NCBI GenBank assembly: GCA_021129515.1
Contig: JAJOLD010000001.1
Span: 164,850-228,849, forward strand
Source of the DNA: Minisyncoccota bacterium
GTDB lineage: Bacteria; Patescibacteriota; Minisyncoccia; Phycocordibacterales; UBA918
DNA: 64,000 bases
Direction: 5' to 3'
Positions 39,838 to 49,822 of this stretch are shown piece by piece; position 1 is the stretch's first letter, and each line of letters opens with the position of its first letter. Made by a program: the position numbers and the translations under genes. Below the pieces are notes generated by a model. It had not been told where the DNA came from and searched no databases. It saw only the letters and a list, made by a program, of their open reading frames with translations.

Positions 39838-41139
39838 CTATTGTATCGTATCGTGCGCCTCTTTTGAGCGTGTTGGCGCGGCGATTGTGTCTTTTCCAAT
39901 ATACTGTTGCAAGACTTCGGGGATACGTACTGAGCCGTCAGCCTGTTGGAAGTTTTCAACGAGCGACACAAGCACCCGCGGTGTTGGGATTGCTGTACAG
40001 TTGAGTGAGTGCGCGTATTTTACCTTGCCATCTTCGTCTCGATAGCGAATGTTAAATCGACGTGTCTGGAAGTCATGGAAGTATGACGCTGAACTGATTT
40101 CTCGATACTTCTTTTCAAGTGGCACCCAGAGTTCAACGTCATACTTCTTCACCTGCCCTTGCCCTAGGTCGCCACCACAGTTAAGTACCGTTCGGTATGG
40201 AATGCCCAGTGATTCAATAAACTCTTCCGTGTTTTTATTCAGCCATTCGTGCCACGTCACCGATTCTTCATGACTTGCTTCGCAGAGAATCACCTGCTCG
40301 AGCTTGAAGAACTCATGCACTCGAATAAGCCCCTTTGTGTCTTTCCCATGACTTCCCGCCTCACGACGAAAACATGGTGAAAATGAAAGCCACTTACTAG
40401 GCAGCTCTTTTTTGTCCAAGACTTCATCTGAGCGATAGCCCATGGTTGAAACCTCAGAGGTACCGATGAGATAATCGTTATCCTGGGTGTGGTATACATC
40501 TTCTGCTTCGTTCGGAAGATGTCCAGTACCATAGAGATTGCTCTGTCGCACAATTGCCGGCACAAGCATTGGGTCAAACCCACGCTTTGTGAAGAAATCA
40601 AGCGCGTAGTTCCAGATAGCCCAAGAGAGTCGTGCGCCATCACCCATGAGATAATACCCGCGGAATCCATGCACCTTGGCGCCCCGCTCAAAATCAACCA
40701 TACCGAGCTTCGTCATAATGTCGACATGGTCTTTTGGTTCAAACTCAAATGCCGTCTTTTCACCCCACGTCTTATGCTCAACATTATCCTCGTCACTCTT
40801 TCCGTCAGGGACTGACATATCGGGAATATTAGGTACCTGGAGCATGAGTGTCTGCCACTCGGTCATAATCTCCTTGAGTGACGCTTCGTCTTTCTGGATG
40901 TCTTCCTTGAGCGTCTTCACCCCCGCGATAAGCTCATTACGCGCAGCAGCATCGGTCGTCTGTGCAACCTCAGCCGATACCCGGTTTTGCTCGGCTTTCT
41001 TTTCTTCCATTTCCGCAATCAAGCCCTTACGCTTATCGTCAAGTTCAACCAATCGGTCAAGGTCGACCTCCATATTTTTCTTCTTTGCACCCATCTTTAC
41101 GAGGTCCAAATTCTCGCGAATAAATTTAATGTCTAACAT
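39838..41139 (-). CDS. serS: serine--tRNA ligase
   Basis: N-terminal coiled coil, class II motifs (FRREAGSHGKDTKGLIRVHEF). Confidence 0.95.
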   Translation of the reverse strand: MLDIKFIRENLDLVKMGAKKKNMEVDLDRLVELDDKRKGLIAEMEEKKAEQNRVSAEVAQTTDAAARNELIAGVKTLKEDIQKDEASLKEIMTEWQTLMLQVPNIPDMSVPDGKSDEDNVEHKTWGEKTAFEFEPKDHVDIMTKLGMVDFERGAKVHGFRGYYLMGDGARLSWAIWNYALDFFTKRGFDPMLVPAIVRQSNLYGTGHLPNEAEDVYHTQDNDYLIGTSEVSTMGYRSDEVLDKKELPSKWLSFSPCFRREAGSHGKDTKGLIRVHEFFKLEQVILCEASHEESVTWHEWLNKNTEEFIESLGIPYRTVLNCGGDLGQGQVKKYDVELWVPLEKKYREISSASYFHDFQTRRFNIRYRDEDGKVKYAHSLNCTAIPTPRVLVSLVENFQQADGSVRIPEVLQQYIGKDTIAAPTRSKEAHDTIQ

Positions 41140-41280
41140 GTTTAGTGATTAGTTACTTGGTACTCAGTACTTCGTTATCAATACATTAACTGTACCGTCA
41201 TTCTAAATTGACCCATTTTTCTTATGACTGAAAGGAATTAGAAACAATGGTAATACCCCTGTGGTGCATTTCAGAATCTC

Positions 41281-41310
41281 ATAAGATCCTGAAACAAGTT
41301 CAGGATGACA
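41281..41310. repeat. REP-like hairpin repeat copy 3 (inverted orientation)
   Basis: ataagatcctgaaacaagttcaggatgaca. Confidence 0.6.
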
Positions 41311-41351
41311 TACCCTGTTTTGTTGGCAACGCTCATGATTATACATCAGAA

Positions 41352-41385
41352 ACCCCGCACTTCGTGCGGGGTTTCTTGGTTACAT
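41352..41385. terminator. GC hairpin aaaccccgcac-ttcg-tgcggggttt with T-rich flank
   Basis: seen directly in serS-dprA intergenic region. Confidence 0.4.
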
Positions 41386-41714
41386 CAAAATCTCCCGCAC
41401 TAGCATCTACTAGAAGAAGATGATGATGACACACGTGTATGCATATAATCGAGCATAGCATAGCGAGCACACCCGTCAATTATAAAAGGCCCAGAATCTA
41501 TCACATACGTACTATGTGTGATCCTTGGGCCCTGTTGACCGTATTGGTCCATGACCATGAAATGGTCTCTTTTGAATACGCCGCATTAAACAGCGTCTGG
41601 GGTACATACTTGACTGGATTTTTAAAGAAAGAGCATTTTAAAGAGCATGTTTATTGTAGCAAAAACTATGTACACCATCCACAGCCTGGTCTTATGGCAT
41701 TGTTTCGTGACAAT

Positions 41715-41740
41715 AGTATGATGTTACATTGTATCATACT
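41715..41740. promoter_or_regulatory. 26-bp palindromic motif site 3 (C-to-T variant), 45 nt upstream of dprA
   Basis: AGTATGATGTTACATTGTATCATACT. Confidence 0.6.
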
Positions 41741-41785
41741 ATACATCCATACATGCTCGTGTCTTCTATATTGCCGTAGAGTGAT

Positions 41786-42664
41786 ATGATTACATGTATG
41801 AGCACCTTCCCTATTCATACGCTTTCCAAAAATGAATTTCCCAAGCAACTTTTGGAAATCCCCAAGCCTCCCGAAGTGCTTACCTACCGAGGTGCACTGC
41901 CACCCGACACCGCCAAGTGCTTAGCGGTTGTTGGCTCACGCAACTACACCAACTACGGCAAGCAAGCACTCGAGTATTTGATACGCAGTCTCCGTGGACA
42001 CAACATCGCGATTATTTCGGGCCTCGCACTCGGCATCGACAGCCTCGCACATAAAGCAGCACTCGACGCGGAGCTCTATACCCTCGCGGTCCCCGGTTCG
42101 GGTATCGACGACTCAGTCATTTACCCCCGTCGTCACAAAGGACTCGCCTACGAAATACTGGGAGCTGGTGGCGGACTCCTCTCAGAATTCGAACCGACTT
42201 TCAAAGCGACCACCTGGTCCTTCCCGCAGCGCAACAGAATTATGGCAGGGCTTGCAGACGCAGTACTCGTGGTAGAAGCAACACAAAAATCAGGCACGCT
42301 GATTACCGCGCGCCTCGCAACTGACTACAACCGTGATGTGCTCACGATTCCGGGTGATATATTTTCCGCTTCGAGCGAAGGCCCACATATGCTCATTAAG
42401 CTGGGCGCAACCCCGGTGACAACACCTGAAGATATTCTTGAAGCACTCCATATTGATACTGAGCCTACTACCGCACCCCTCCCAATCGACGACCTACCAC
42501 AAGAAGAAGCGTCTATACTCGCACTCCTTAGCGCTCCAACTGAGCGAGATACACTCGTACGTGCCGCGAATATGGACACACAAACCTGCACAACAACCCT
42601 TACCATGATGGAGATTAAGGGACTTATTAGTATCGACGGCAATGTTGTGCGGAGATTGCGGTAA
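41786..42664 (+). CDS. dprA: DNA processing protein DprA
   Basis: Rossmann-like DprA core (AVVGSRNYTNYG...SGLALGIDS...). Confidence 0.85.
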   Translation: MITCMSTFPIHTLSKNEFPKQLLEIPKPPEVLTYRGALPPDTAKCLAVVGSRNYTNYGKQALEYLIRSLRGHNIAIISGLALGIDSLAHKAALDAELYTLAVPGSGIDDSVIYPRRHKGLAYEILGAGGGLLSEFEPTFKATTWSFPQRNRIMAGLADAVLVVEATQKSGTLITARLATDYNRDVLTIPGDIFSASSEGPHMLIKLGATPVTTPEDILEALHIDTEPTTAPLPIDDLPQEEASILALLSAPTERDTLVRAANMDTQTCTTTLTMMEIKGLISIDGNVVRRLR

Positions 42665-42848
42665 TTGTTTCTTAGCTTGCACAAGATTGAGGAATACTAG
42701 CAAAATAGTGTGCAATGTATATGGATATACATTGCACACTACGTTTGCGCCGTGTGACAAAAATATTGTGTGAGCTAAAGACAATTACTAGCTGTTATTT
42801 GACATATGTGTCAATACCTAGTATTTATGTGTGGAATAACCTATATAT

Positions 42849-45203
42849 ATGTCTACACTCGTTATCGTTGAGTCACCCGCAAAGGCAAAAACCATTGGGA
42901 AATATCTTGGAAAGGGATACAAGGTGGTTGCCTCTGTCGGTCATGTGCGTGACCTCCCTAAGAGTAATAAAGATGCCGTCGATGTTGACGGTGGTTTTGT
43001 GCCGCGATATATCAACTCACCCGGCAAAGAAAAAGTGATCAAAGAGCTGCAAGATGCAGCCAAAAAAGCAGATGCGGTACTCCTCGCACCCGACCCTGAC
43101 CGCGAAGGTGAAGCAATTGCGTGGCATGTTGCTGAGCTCATAAAAGATCAGAACAAAAACATCAAGCGTATCGCCTTTCATGAAATTACCGAACCCGCGG
43201 TACAAGAAGCACTCAAGCATCCCCGCAAAATTGACCTCAACCTCAAGCAGGCACAGGAAGCGCGTCGTGTGCTCGACCGCTTGGTAGGCTACGACCTCTC
43301 GGGACTTATCTGGAAGAAGGTTCGGTATGGACTCTCAGCAGGCCGTGTACAATCTCCAGCCCTTCGCATTATTATGGAACGCGAGCGTGAAATCCGCGCG
43401 TTTATTCCCGAAGACTACTGGGTACTCACCGCACATACTAAAACACAGCAAAAAACCGATCTCCCGCTGGTGTGCTCGGTAGAACCACGTGAAGAGAAGG
43501 AAATGCAGCGCATCGTGAAGCTTGGTGAAAAGCATAACTGGGCAATCACAAGTATCAAGGAGACGGAACAAAAGCGAGCTCCCCGCCCACCCTTTACGAC
43601 TTCAACACTGCAACAGACGGCATCGACACGCCTTGGATTCTCACCATCGCGCACCATGGGGGCAGCACAGAAACTCTACGAAGCAGGACACATTACCTAC
43701 ATGCGTACCGATTCAACGTCGATGAGTGATATTGCACAAAAGCAAATTATTGCACTGCTTCATGATGACTTCGGCAAAGACTATGTTGCACCGCGCACTT
43801 TTAAAACAAAAAGCAAATCGGCACAGGAGGCGCACGAAGCAGTCCGTCCGAGTAACTTTGCAAAGCGTGACGCAGGACTCACGCAAGACCAAAAAGCCCT
43901 CTACGAACTTATCTGGAAGCGTGCCGTCGCCTCACAAATGGCAGACGCAAAAATCAAGCGCACGAAGATAAGCGCCAATATTACTGACAGCAAAGCTAAA
44001 ATTCCTGATTTTGCAACGACTGGTTCGCGCGTTATGTTTGACGGATGGCTTAAGGTAGACACCGCAGCGCGTGGTGAAGATATAGAAGTACCACAACTCG
44101 CTGAAGGTGATGCGCTCACCCTCAAAAAAATGGAGGTGGAAGCAAAACAAACCCAACCACCAAACCGGTACACTGAAGCAGGACTCATTAAGGAACTCGA
44201 AAAACGCGGCATTGGTCGCCCATCGACCTATGCGTCGATTATGAAAACTATTATTGACCGTGGGTATGTCGAGAAAGAAGGACGCACCTTGCTTCCAACC
44301 GACACAGGGGACGTGGTTTCCACCTTCCTTGAAGAACACTTTAAGGACTATATTGATGACGATTTCACGAGTGAGATGGAAGACGAACTCGATGACATTG
44401 CCGAGGGCAAACGTGAATATGTCAAAACACTCAAGGAGTTCTATACCCCATTCACCAAAGCCGTCGACTCAAAAGAAAATATTGAAAAACTGACCAATCT
44501 TGGTCCTGGTCCCAAAGAATTTCCGTGTCCAAAATGTGGCAAGGACATGGTCGTGAAACTGGGTCGCGCGGGCAAGTTTCTCTCGTGCAGCACCTTCCCT
44601 GAGTGCGATGGTGCCCGTATGATTGACGGCTCTGAAATCAAAGATGACGAGCCGATTGGCAAGCATCCGGATAGCGGCGAAGACATCTACATCCTTAATG
44701 GTCGCTTTGGTCCCTATGTACAGCTTGGTCCCACACCAGAAAAAGTGAAGGGTAAAAAAACACCTTCACCACGACGTGCCAGTATTCCGAAAGACGTGAG
44801 CGTGAGTGATGTTACCCTCGAGATGGCAGTAAAACTACTTATACTCCCCCGCGAACTTGGCGAACACCCTGATACAGGCGAACCTATCAGTGCAAACGTT
44901 GGTCGCTTTGGACCATACATTGTGCACGCCGGTGACTTCCGTTCCCTCAAAGGTGACGACGACCCGTATACGATTACCTACGAACGTGCAATGGAGATTC
45001 TTAAAGAACCAAAGAAGCTCCGTGCTGGTGAAAAACTGGTGAAGGAAGTGGGTATTCACCCAAAGACTAAAAATATGATTAAAGTCTTTGAATCAAAATC
45101 AGGACGCTATCTGAAGCGAGGATTCAAGCGCATTTGGCTTCCTGACAAAACCAACATCGACAAGTTCACGGTTGAAGATGCACTTGAGTTGTATAAACAG
45201 TAA
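42849..45203 (+). CDS. topA: DNA topoisomerase I with C-terminal zinc ribbons
   Basis: Toprim MSTLVIVESPAKAKTI, active-site region, CPKCG Zn ribbon, 784 aa. Confidence 0.95.
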   Translation: MSTLVIVESPAKAKTIGKYLGKGYKVVASVGHVRDLPKSNKDAVDVDGGFVPRYINSPGKEKVIKELQDAAKKADAVLLAPDPDREGEAIAWHVAELIKDQNKNIKRIAFHEITEPAVQEALKHPRKIDLNLKQAQEARRVLDRLVGYDLSGLIWKKVRYGLSAGRVQSPALRIIMEREREIRAFIPEDYWVLTAHTKTQQKTDLPLVCSVEPREEKEMQRIVKLGEKHNWAITSIKETEQKRAPRPPFTTSTLQQTASTRLGFSPSRTMGAAQKLYEAGHITYMRTDSTSMSDIAQKQIIALLHDDFGKDYVAPRTFKTKSKSAQEAHEAVRPSNFAKRDAGLTQDQKALYELIWKRAVASQMADAKIKRTKISANITDSKAKIPDFATTGSRVMFDGWLKVDTAARGEDIEVPQLAEGDALTLKKMEVEAKQTQPPNRYTEAGLIKELEKRGIGRPSTYASIMKTIIDRGYVEKEGRTLLPTDTGDVVSTFLEEHFKDYIDDDFTSEMEDELDDIAEGKREYVKTLKEFYTPFTKAVDSKENIEKLTNLGPGPKEFPCPKCGKDMVVKLGRAGKFLSCSTFPECDGARMIDGSEIKDDEPIGKHPDSGEDIYILNGRFGPYVQLGPTPEKVKGKKTPSPRRASIPKDVSVSDVTLEMAVKLLILPRELGEHPDTGEPISANVGRFGPYIVHAGDFRSLKGDDDPYTITYERAMEILKEPKKLRAGEKLVKEVGIHPKTKNMIKVFESKSGRYLKRGFKRIWLPDKTNIDKFTVEDALELYKQ

Positions 45204-45237
45204 CCATACGTATTCAGAATAAGTAGTTAGTATGAGT

Positions 45238-45267
45238 AAACGCGGGGTCGGAACGACCCCGCGTTTA
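45238..45267 (+). terminator. rho-independent terminator (aaacgcggggtcg-gaa-cgaccccgcgttt)
   Basis: 13-bp perfect stem + T tract. Confidence 0.65.
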
Positions 45268-45271
45268 CTGA

Positions 45272-46906
45272 TTGGATGGAGCCTGCCCGCATAATTATTC
45301 GTGCGGGCTTGTCGGCACAGAAGACAGAGAGTACAATCAAATGATGTACACTGCCGAAGACATCATCACCTATCTACCATCACCAACGCAAGCTGATCGC
45401 GAACTTATTACCGCTGCCTATGAGTTTGCACGCGAAGCTCACGAGGGACACACACGCTACTCTGGCGAACCGTACCTCTCGCACCTTGCATCGGTCGCAA
45501 AAATGCTTGCTGAAATGGGTTTTGGTACCCGCACGATTTCAGCCGGATTACTTCATGACTCCATAGAAGACACTGGTGTGACTGAGAACGAAATCAGGAA
45601 GCTCTTTGGAGAAGAAATTCTCTTCTTGGTGCAAGGTGTCACCAAGCTGGGTTCCGTACGGTACTACGGGAGTGATAGACACAATGAAAGTTTGCGCAAA
45701 CTCTTTGTGGCAACGAGTCAGGATATTCGAGTTCTTATCATCAAGCTTGTCGACCGGCTGCACAACATGCAGACCTTTGCACATGTACCGGCACACAAGC
45801 AGAAACGTATTGCCCGAGAAACACTTGAAATATACGCCCCCGTTGCGCATCGCCTTGGTATGGGACGCATTCGCAAAGACCTCGAAGATATGGCATTTCC
45901 CTATGTGTATCCCGACGAATACAAACGCGTGCAAGAAATCATTACCCCACTTGCCAAAAAGGCTGACACCGACCTTGAAAAAATACGCAAAACGATTCAA
46001 CGCAAGTTAGTCGAAGATGGTATGCGTGACTTTAAGACCCACACACGTATCAAGGGAACGTATAGTCTCTATCACAAACTCCGTCGTCGTGATTGGGATA
46101 TTGATAAAATCTACGATTACCTTGCTATTCGTGTCATTGTAAAAAACGTAGAAGATTGCTACCAGGTCCTTGGTATCATTCATAAATTTTGGCGACCAAT
46201 GCCAAATAGACTCAAAGATTATATCGCCAACAAAAAACCAAACGGCTATCAATCAATCCACACGACGGTATGCATTCCAACCGACACTATTCTTGAGATT
46301 CAAATTCGTACTGATGACATGCATCGAGAAGCAGAGTTCGGTATCGCATCACACATGATTTATAAAGAAGCACAACAAGGACGCGGCGTATCAAAAGCAA
46401 GCAATAAGCCTTGGTTCACTTCACTCATTCCATCACTCTTTCGTCCTTTTGCGTGGCGCACCACACTCCAAGCACCACGTGAGGAGGAAGAACTTTTTTC
46501 AGAGCGCAGTCCAAAAGAAAAAATACCGCACTGGATTCAAGAAGTTGCAGAAGCACACAAGAGCACCAAGGCACCACATGGATTTATGGAAGATCTGAAA
46601 AACGACTTCTTCTCATACCGCATCTTTGTATTCACCCCTGAGGGTGACGTGGTTGACCTTCCGGTTGATGCGAGCCCTATTGATTTTGCCTATGCAATTC
46701 ACTCAGAAATCGGCAACCATGTATCAGGTGCACGGGTAAACAACAAACTCGTGGGGCTTGATACGGGTCTGAAAAACGGTGACATTGTTGAAATCTTGAC
46801 CAAGGACAGCAGCCGCCCAACACAAAAATGGATGGAATACGCAAAAACCACCCTCGCGCAACGCAAGATTCGCGCATCAATTGAAGCTACAGCGAAAAGT
46901 GCTTAA
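45272..46906 (+). CDS. RelA/SpoT-family (p)ppGpp synthetase/hydrolase (likely start at ATG 45341)
   Basis: HD motif LLHDSIEDT, RelA/SpoT synthetase region, TGS-like C-terminus. Confidence 0.9.
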   Translation: MDGACPHNYSCGLVGTEDREYNQMMYTAEDIITYLPSPTQADRELITAAYEFAREAHEGHTRYSGEPYLSHLASVAKMLAEMGFGTRTISAGLLHDSIEDTGVTENEIRKLFGEEILFLVQGVTKLGSVRYYGSDRHNESLRKLFVATSQDIRVLIIKLVDRLHNMQTFAHVPAHKQKRIARETLEIYAPVAHRLGMGRIRKDLEDMAFPYVYPDEYKRVQEIITPLAKKADTDLEKIRKTIQRKLVEDGMRDFKTHTRIKGTYSLYHKLRRRDWDIDKIYDYLAIRVIVKNVEDCYQVLGIIHKFWRPMPNRLKDYIANKKPNGYQSIHTTVCIPTDTILEIQIRTDDMHREAEFGIASHMIYKEAQQGRGVSKASNKPWFTSLIPSLFRPFAWRTTLQAPREEEELFSERSPKEKIPHWIQEVAEAHKSTKAPHGFMEDLKNDFFSYRIFVFTPEGDVVDLPVDASPIDFAYAIHSEIGNHVSGARVNNKLVGLDTGLKNGDIVEILTKDSSRPTQKWMEYAKTTLAQRKIRASIEATAKSA

Positions 46907-48392
46907 GTGAGTATAAATCAGTATCATCTTCTTTCTTTGTTTCTGAAGATTCAGAAGGAGCCACAGATTTCTCCGGCGCATGCTCTGGCGATGCTACCGT
47001 CTCAACATCGTCATGTACGGGTGGATGCGCGGGTGCTGCATGAATACCCTGCTTTGCGGCAACTGGTTCCGCAGTAGGTGGTGTCGGCTGTGTTTGTACG
47101 TGTGCTTCGGTAGTGTGCCCCGCGTGGTGTTCGGTACGAAGGTCCTCAACGCGTGTCAGCGGAAATGCATCAGCCACGCTTTCCGTTGCCTGCTGTGGTT
47201 CAGAGACTCCTGATTCTGGTGTTGCTGTGTGCTCTGCCTCAGTAGCTGCGTCAGCAGCGGGTGCTGGAGTCGCTTCAGTAGCATTACGGTATGCGGCAAA
47301 TTCGGGTGCCATGTATATTGGTGCTGCCGTTTCGGGTTCCGCGTCTACGGGTTGCTCGTGCACAGCTACTGACGCTTGTGTGTGCAGGTCCTCCACCTCG
47401 ACAGGATCATCATCACCATTGCGGTACACCTCAAACTGTGACTCCACTGGTGTAGGCGCTGCCGCAATGTTATTTTCTGCAGCAGCCAGCGGTGTTGCCG
47501 CTGCAATTTTTGCAATAGTTGTACCTCCCTCCTGCTCGTTATGCATCACAATATTTGCATCATCATGATTCACCAATTGATACAATTTTTCCAAGTCATC
47601 TTGCGAGAAATAATCAATCGTCACTTTACCCCCATAATCAGTCTTGGTGATTTGCACCCGAGTACCAAGTGTTTCTGTAAATTGCTTTTCAATTTCAATA
47701 ATTTCTGGGTCCACACCCCAATCTTTCTTCCGCACCTTATCAGTCGCAATCTTGCGTGCAATACGCTCCACCTCACGGACCGAGAGTTTCTTCAGGAGAA
47801 TTTCGCGAAAAAGGGTGTCTTGCTCTTCTGGTCGGTCGTTAAGCATCAAGAGTGTGCGGGCATGCCCGTCAGAAATATCCCCCACTTTGAGCGCGTTCAA
47901 GATACTACTCGGCAACTGCAACAGACGAATCGAGTTGGACACATACTCACGTGAACGTCCCATCTTCTTCGCAACCTGCGCATGCGACAGTTTAAATTGT
48001 TCTGCAAGTTGCTTAAATGCCATCGCACGGTCGACCGCATTGAGATCTTCACGTTGGAGATTTTCAATAATCGCAAGCTCGAACTTCATTTGTTCGCTCT
48101 CTTCTTCAGAACGAATAATAACCGGCACCTGCTGCAAGCCAGCGAGTTTCGATGCACGCAATCGGCGCTCACCTGCAATCAACTCATATTGGGTAGTAAA
48201 GGCGCCTTCTTCACCAATGATTTCCTTCCGTGTCACCACCAACGGCTGCAATACGCCATACATGCGGATAGATTCCGCAAGTTCACTAAGCTTTTCTTCG
48301 CTGAATTCCCGCCGCGGCTGGAATGGGTTTGGTACCACTTTTTCAACCTCCACCCAAAAAATAGAATCTCCTTCGTATGCCATGTCGGACAT
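46887..48392 (-). CDS. parB: ParB-family partition protein with ~230-aa acidic low-complexity C-terminal tail (longest ORF to 48527 overlaps tRNA-Leu)
   Basis: ParB box VVPNPFQPRREF, GERRLRASKLAG; start reassigned to MSDMAYEG. Confidence 0.8.
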   Translation of the reverse strand: MSDMAYEGDSIFWVEVEKVVPNPFQPRREFSEEKLSELAESIRMYGVLQPLVVTRKEIIGEEGAFTTQYELIAGERRLRASKLAGLQQVPVIIRSEEESEQMKFELAIIENLQREDLNAVDRAMAFKQLAEQFKLSHAQVAKKMGRSREYVSNSIRLLQLPSSILNALKVGDISDGHARTLLMLNDRPEEQDTLFREILLKKLSVREVERIARKIATDKVRKKDWGVDPEIIEIEKQFTETLGTRVQITKTDYGGKVTIDYFSQDDLEKLYQLVNHDDANIVMHNEQEGGTTIAKIAAATPLAAAENNIAAAPTPVESQFEVYRNGDDDPVEVEDLHTQASVAVHEQPVDAEPETAAPIYMAPEFAAYRNATEATPAPAADAATEAEHTATPESGVSEPQQATESVADAFPLTRVEDLRTEHHAGHTTEAHVQTQPTPPTAEPVAAKQGIHAAPAHPPVHDDVETVASPEHAPEKSVAPSESSETKKEDDTDLYSLKHFSL

Positions 48393-48441
48393 TGTAGCAT
48401 ATCGCCCATTGTGGACGCTGTTTATAATTATCGATAAATTT

Positions 48442-48470
48442 GCTACACTCGTAAGCGCACTTATATATAT
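48442..48470 (+). promoter_or_regulatory. candidate promoter TTGCTA-17-ATATAT for tRNA-Leu
   Basis: hexamers with 17-nt spacer ending 7 nt before tRNA +1. Confidence 0.3.
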
Positions 48471-48475
48471 TTGAT

Positions 48476-48560
48476 GGGCGTGTGGCGGAATTGGTATACG
48501 CGTACGACTCAAAATCGTATGGAGCAATCCATGAGGGTTCGACCCCCTCCACGCCCACCA
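48476..48560 (+). tRNA. tRNA-Leu (anticodon CAA), long variable arm, CCA encoded
   Basis: manual fold; anticodon loop CUCAAAA; T-arm GAGGG-TTCGACC-CCCTC. Confidence 0.9.
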
Positions 48561-48571
48561 AATATATGTGA

Positions 48572-48650
48572 GTAGGAATTGGTAGGTAAAACAGTACGGG
48601 GTACTGTTTTACCTCAAAATCATATGGAGCAATCCATGAGGGTTTGACCT
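48572..48650 (+). pseudogene. tRNA-Leu pseudo-copy with hairpin (48585-48613) replacing D-stem 3' and anticodon-stem 5' strands
   Basis: ggaattggta + hairpin + cctcaaaatcatatggagcaatccatgagggtttgacc parallels the tRNA. Confidence 0.55.
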
Positions 48651-48664
48651 CAATACAGACAAAA

Positions 48665-48700
48665 AGTACACAAAAAAAGCGCCGATTGACCGGCGCTTTT
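48665..48700. terminator. bidirectional terminator aaaaaagcgccg-attgac-cggcgctttttt
   Basis: perfect stem with T/A runs both sides. Confidence 0.65.
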
Positions 48701-48715
48701 TTAATAATGACAGCA

Positions 48716-49018
48716 TTATCGCTTGCCGTGAAATGTTTCAGCTGTACTGGCTAATACCTTGCCCAATTGCCGCTCGACATGACGCTGTTGGTGTGTAGTA
48801 TCTGGTGCCTTAAGAATCGACACAAAGAGTGCAATGGCAAGAAACACACAACCGACAATGAGACCTATAGCAACAAGAGAGGTACGAGTATCAAAATTGG
48901 TACTAGTACCAAGCAGTATCGCCACGCCACCAGCAATACACAGCAAGAAGAGTGCAAAAAACACCCATTGTATTTTTTCTGTTGTTTTCATAGCGCGTCC
49001 TCCACGCACAAATCCCAT
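48716..49018 (-). CDS. hypothetical small membrane protein
   Basis: two TM helices. Confidence 0.4.
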   Translation of the reverse strand: MGFVRGGRAMKTTEKIQWVFFALFLLCIAGGVAILLGTSTNFDTRTSLVAIGLIVGCVFLAIALFVSILKAPDTTHQQRHVERQLGKVLASTAETFHGKR

Positions 49019-49157
49019 ATATATTTATAGGATACGAACTATTGATTGTCAAACATACGCATGCGTAGTTTATATAACGCAGAAAAGACACCCACTCACC
49101 CATTGGACGCCTTTTCTCATAATCAATACTTACTGCTGATACTCCTTCGCAGCACGT

Positions 49158-49757
49158 TTAAATTTTTCCTACCAAATCAAGTCCTGGGGTAAGCGTATCA
49201 TCCCCTTCGTCCCAACTTGCTGGGCAGACATTTGAAGGATTTTCAGATACATACTTCGCTGCCTTAAACTTGCGGAGTGTTTCCTTTGCTGAACGACCAA
49301 TTGAGTTGTCATTGATTTCAACTCCCTTAATCACACCCTCAGGGTCGATAATGAAGGTTCCGCGGAGCGCAACACCTTCGTCCTCTATCAAAACACCAAA
49401 GAGGTCTGACAGCTCGTGTGAAGGGTCTGCCGCCATTGGGTACTCAATCTGCTTGATAGTTGGAGACTCATCGTGCCACGCTTTGTGCACAAATGGGGTA
49501 TCGGTTGAGACTGAAACCACCTCCGCATTTTCTCCTTTAAATGCTTCATAATGTTTTGCCATTTCTTCGAGTTCTGTCGGGCATACGAAGGTGAAGTCTG
49601 CAGGATAGAAGAAGAGAATGGTCCATTTGCCACGCAAGTCCTTAAAACTCATTTTCTTAATTTCTTCGTTCTGGAATACTTCAAAGTCGATATCCTCCGG
49701 TACCGTGTCGCCAACAGAAAGTGGTGCAAAGATTGGCTCGTATGATAGTTCGTCCAT
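49158..49757 (-). CDS. peroxiredoxin (AhpC/TSA family)
   Basis: peroxidatic Cys motif FTFVCPTE; start taken at MDELSY. Confidence 0.85.
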   Translation of the reverse strand: MDELSYEPIFAPLSVGDTVPEDIDFEVFQNEEIKKMSFKDLRGKWTILFFYPADFTFVCPTELEEMAKHYEAFKGENAEVVSVSTDTPFVHKAWHDESPTIKQIEYPMAADPSHELSDLFGVLIEDEGVALRGTFIIDPEGVIKGVEINDNSIGRSAKETLRKFKAAKYVSENPSNVCPASWDEGDDTLTPGLDLVGKI

Positions 49758-49822
49758 AGTAGTGCTCGTTAATTGTTTACTTAATGAGCCATAATGATAC
49801 CATGCGCAATACAAGACTGCAT

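Noticed and set aside
41439-41789. 116-aa ORF in the serS-dprA intergenic region
   Set aside because: Spans the palindromic operator-like motif, a REP copy and promoter-like sequence; composition not protein-like.
46887-48527. Full-length 546-aa ParB ORF start at 48527
   Set aside because: N-terminal 45 residues overlap tRNA-Leu on the opposite strand and lack ParB homology; internal ATG at 48392 used instead.
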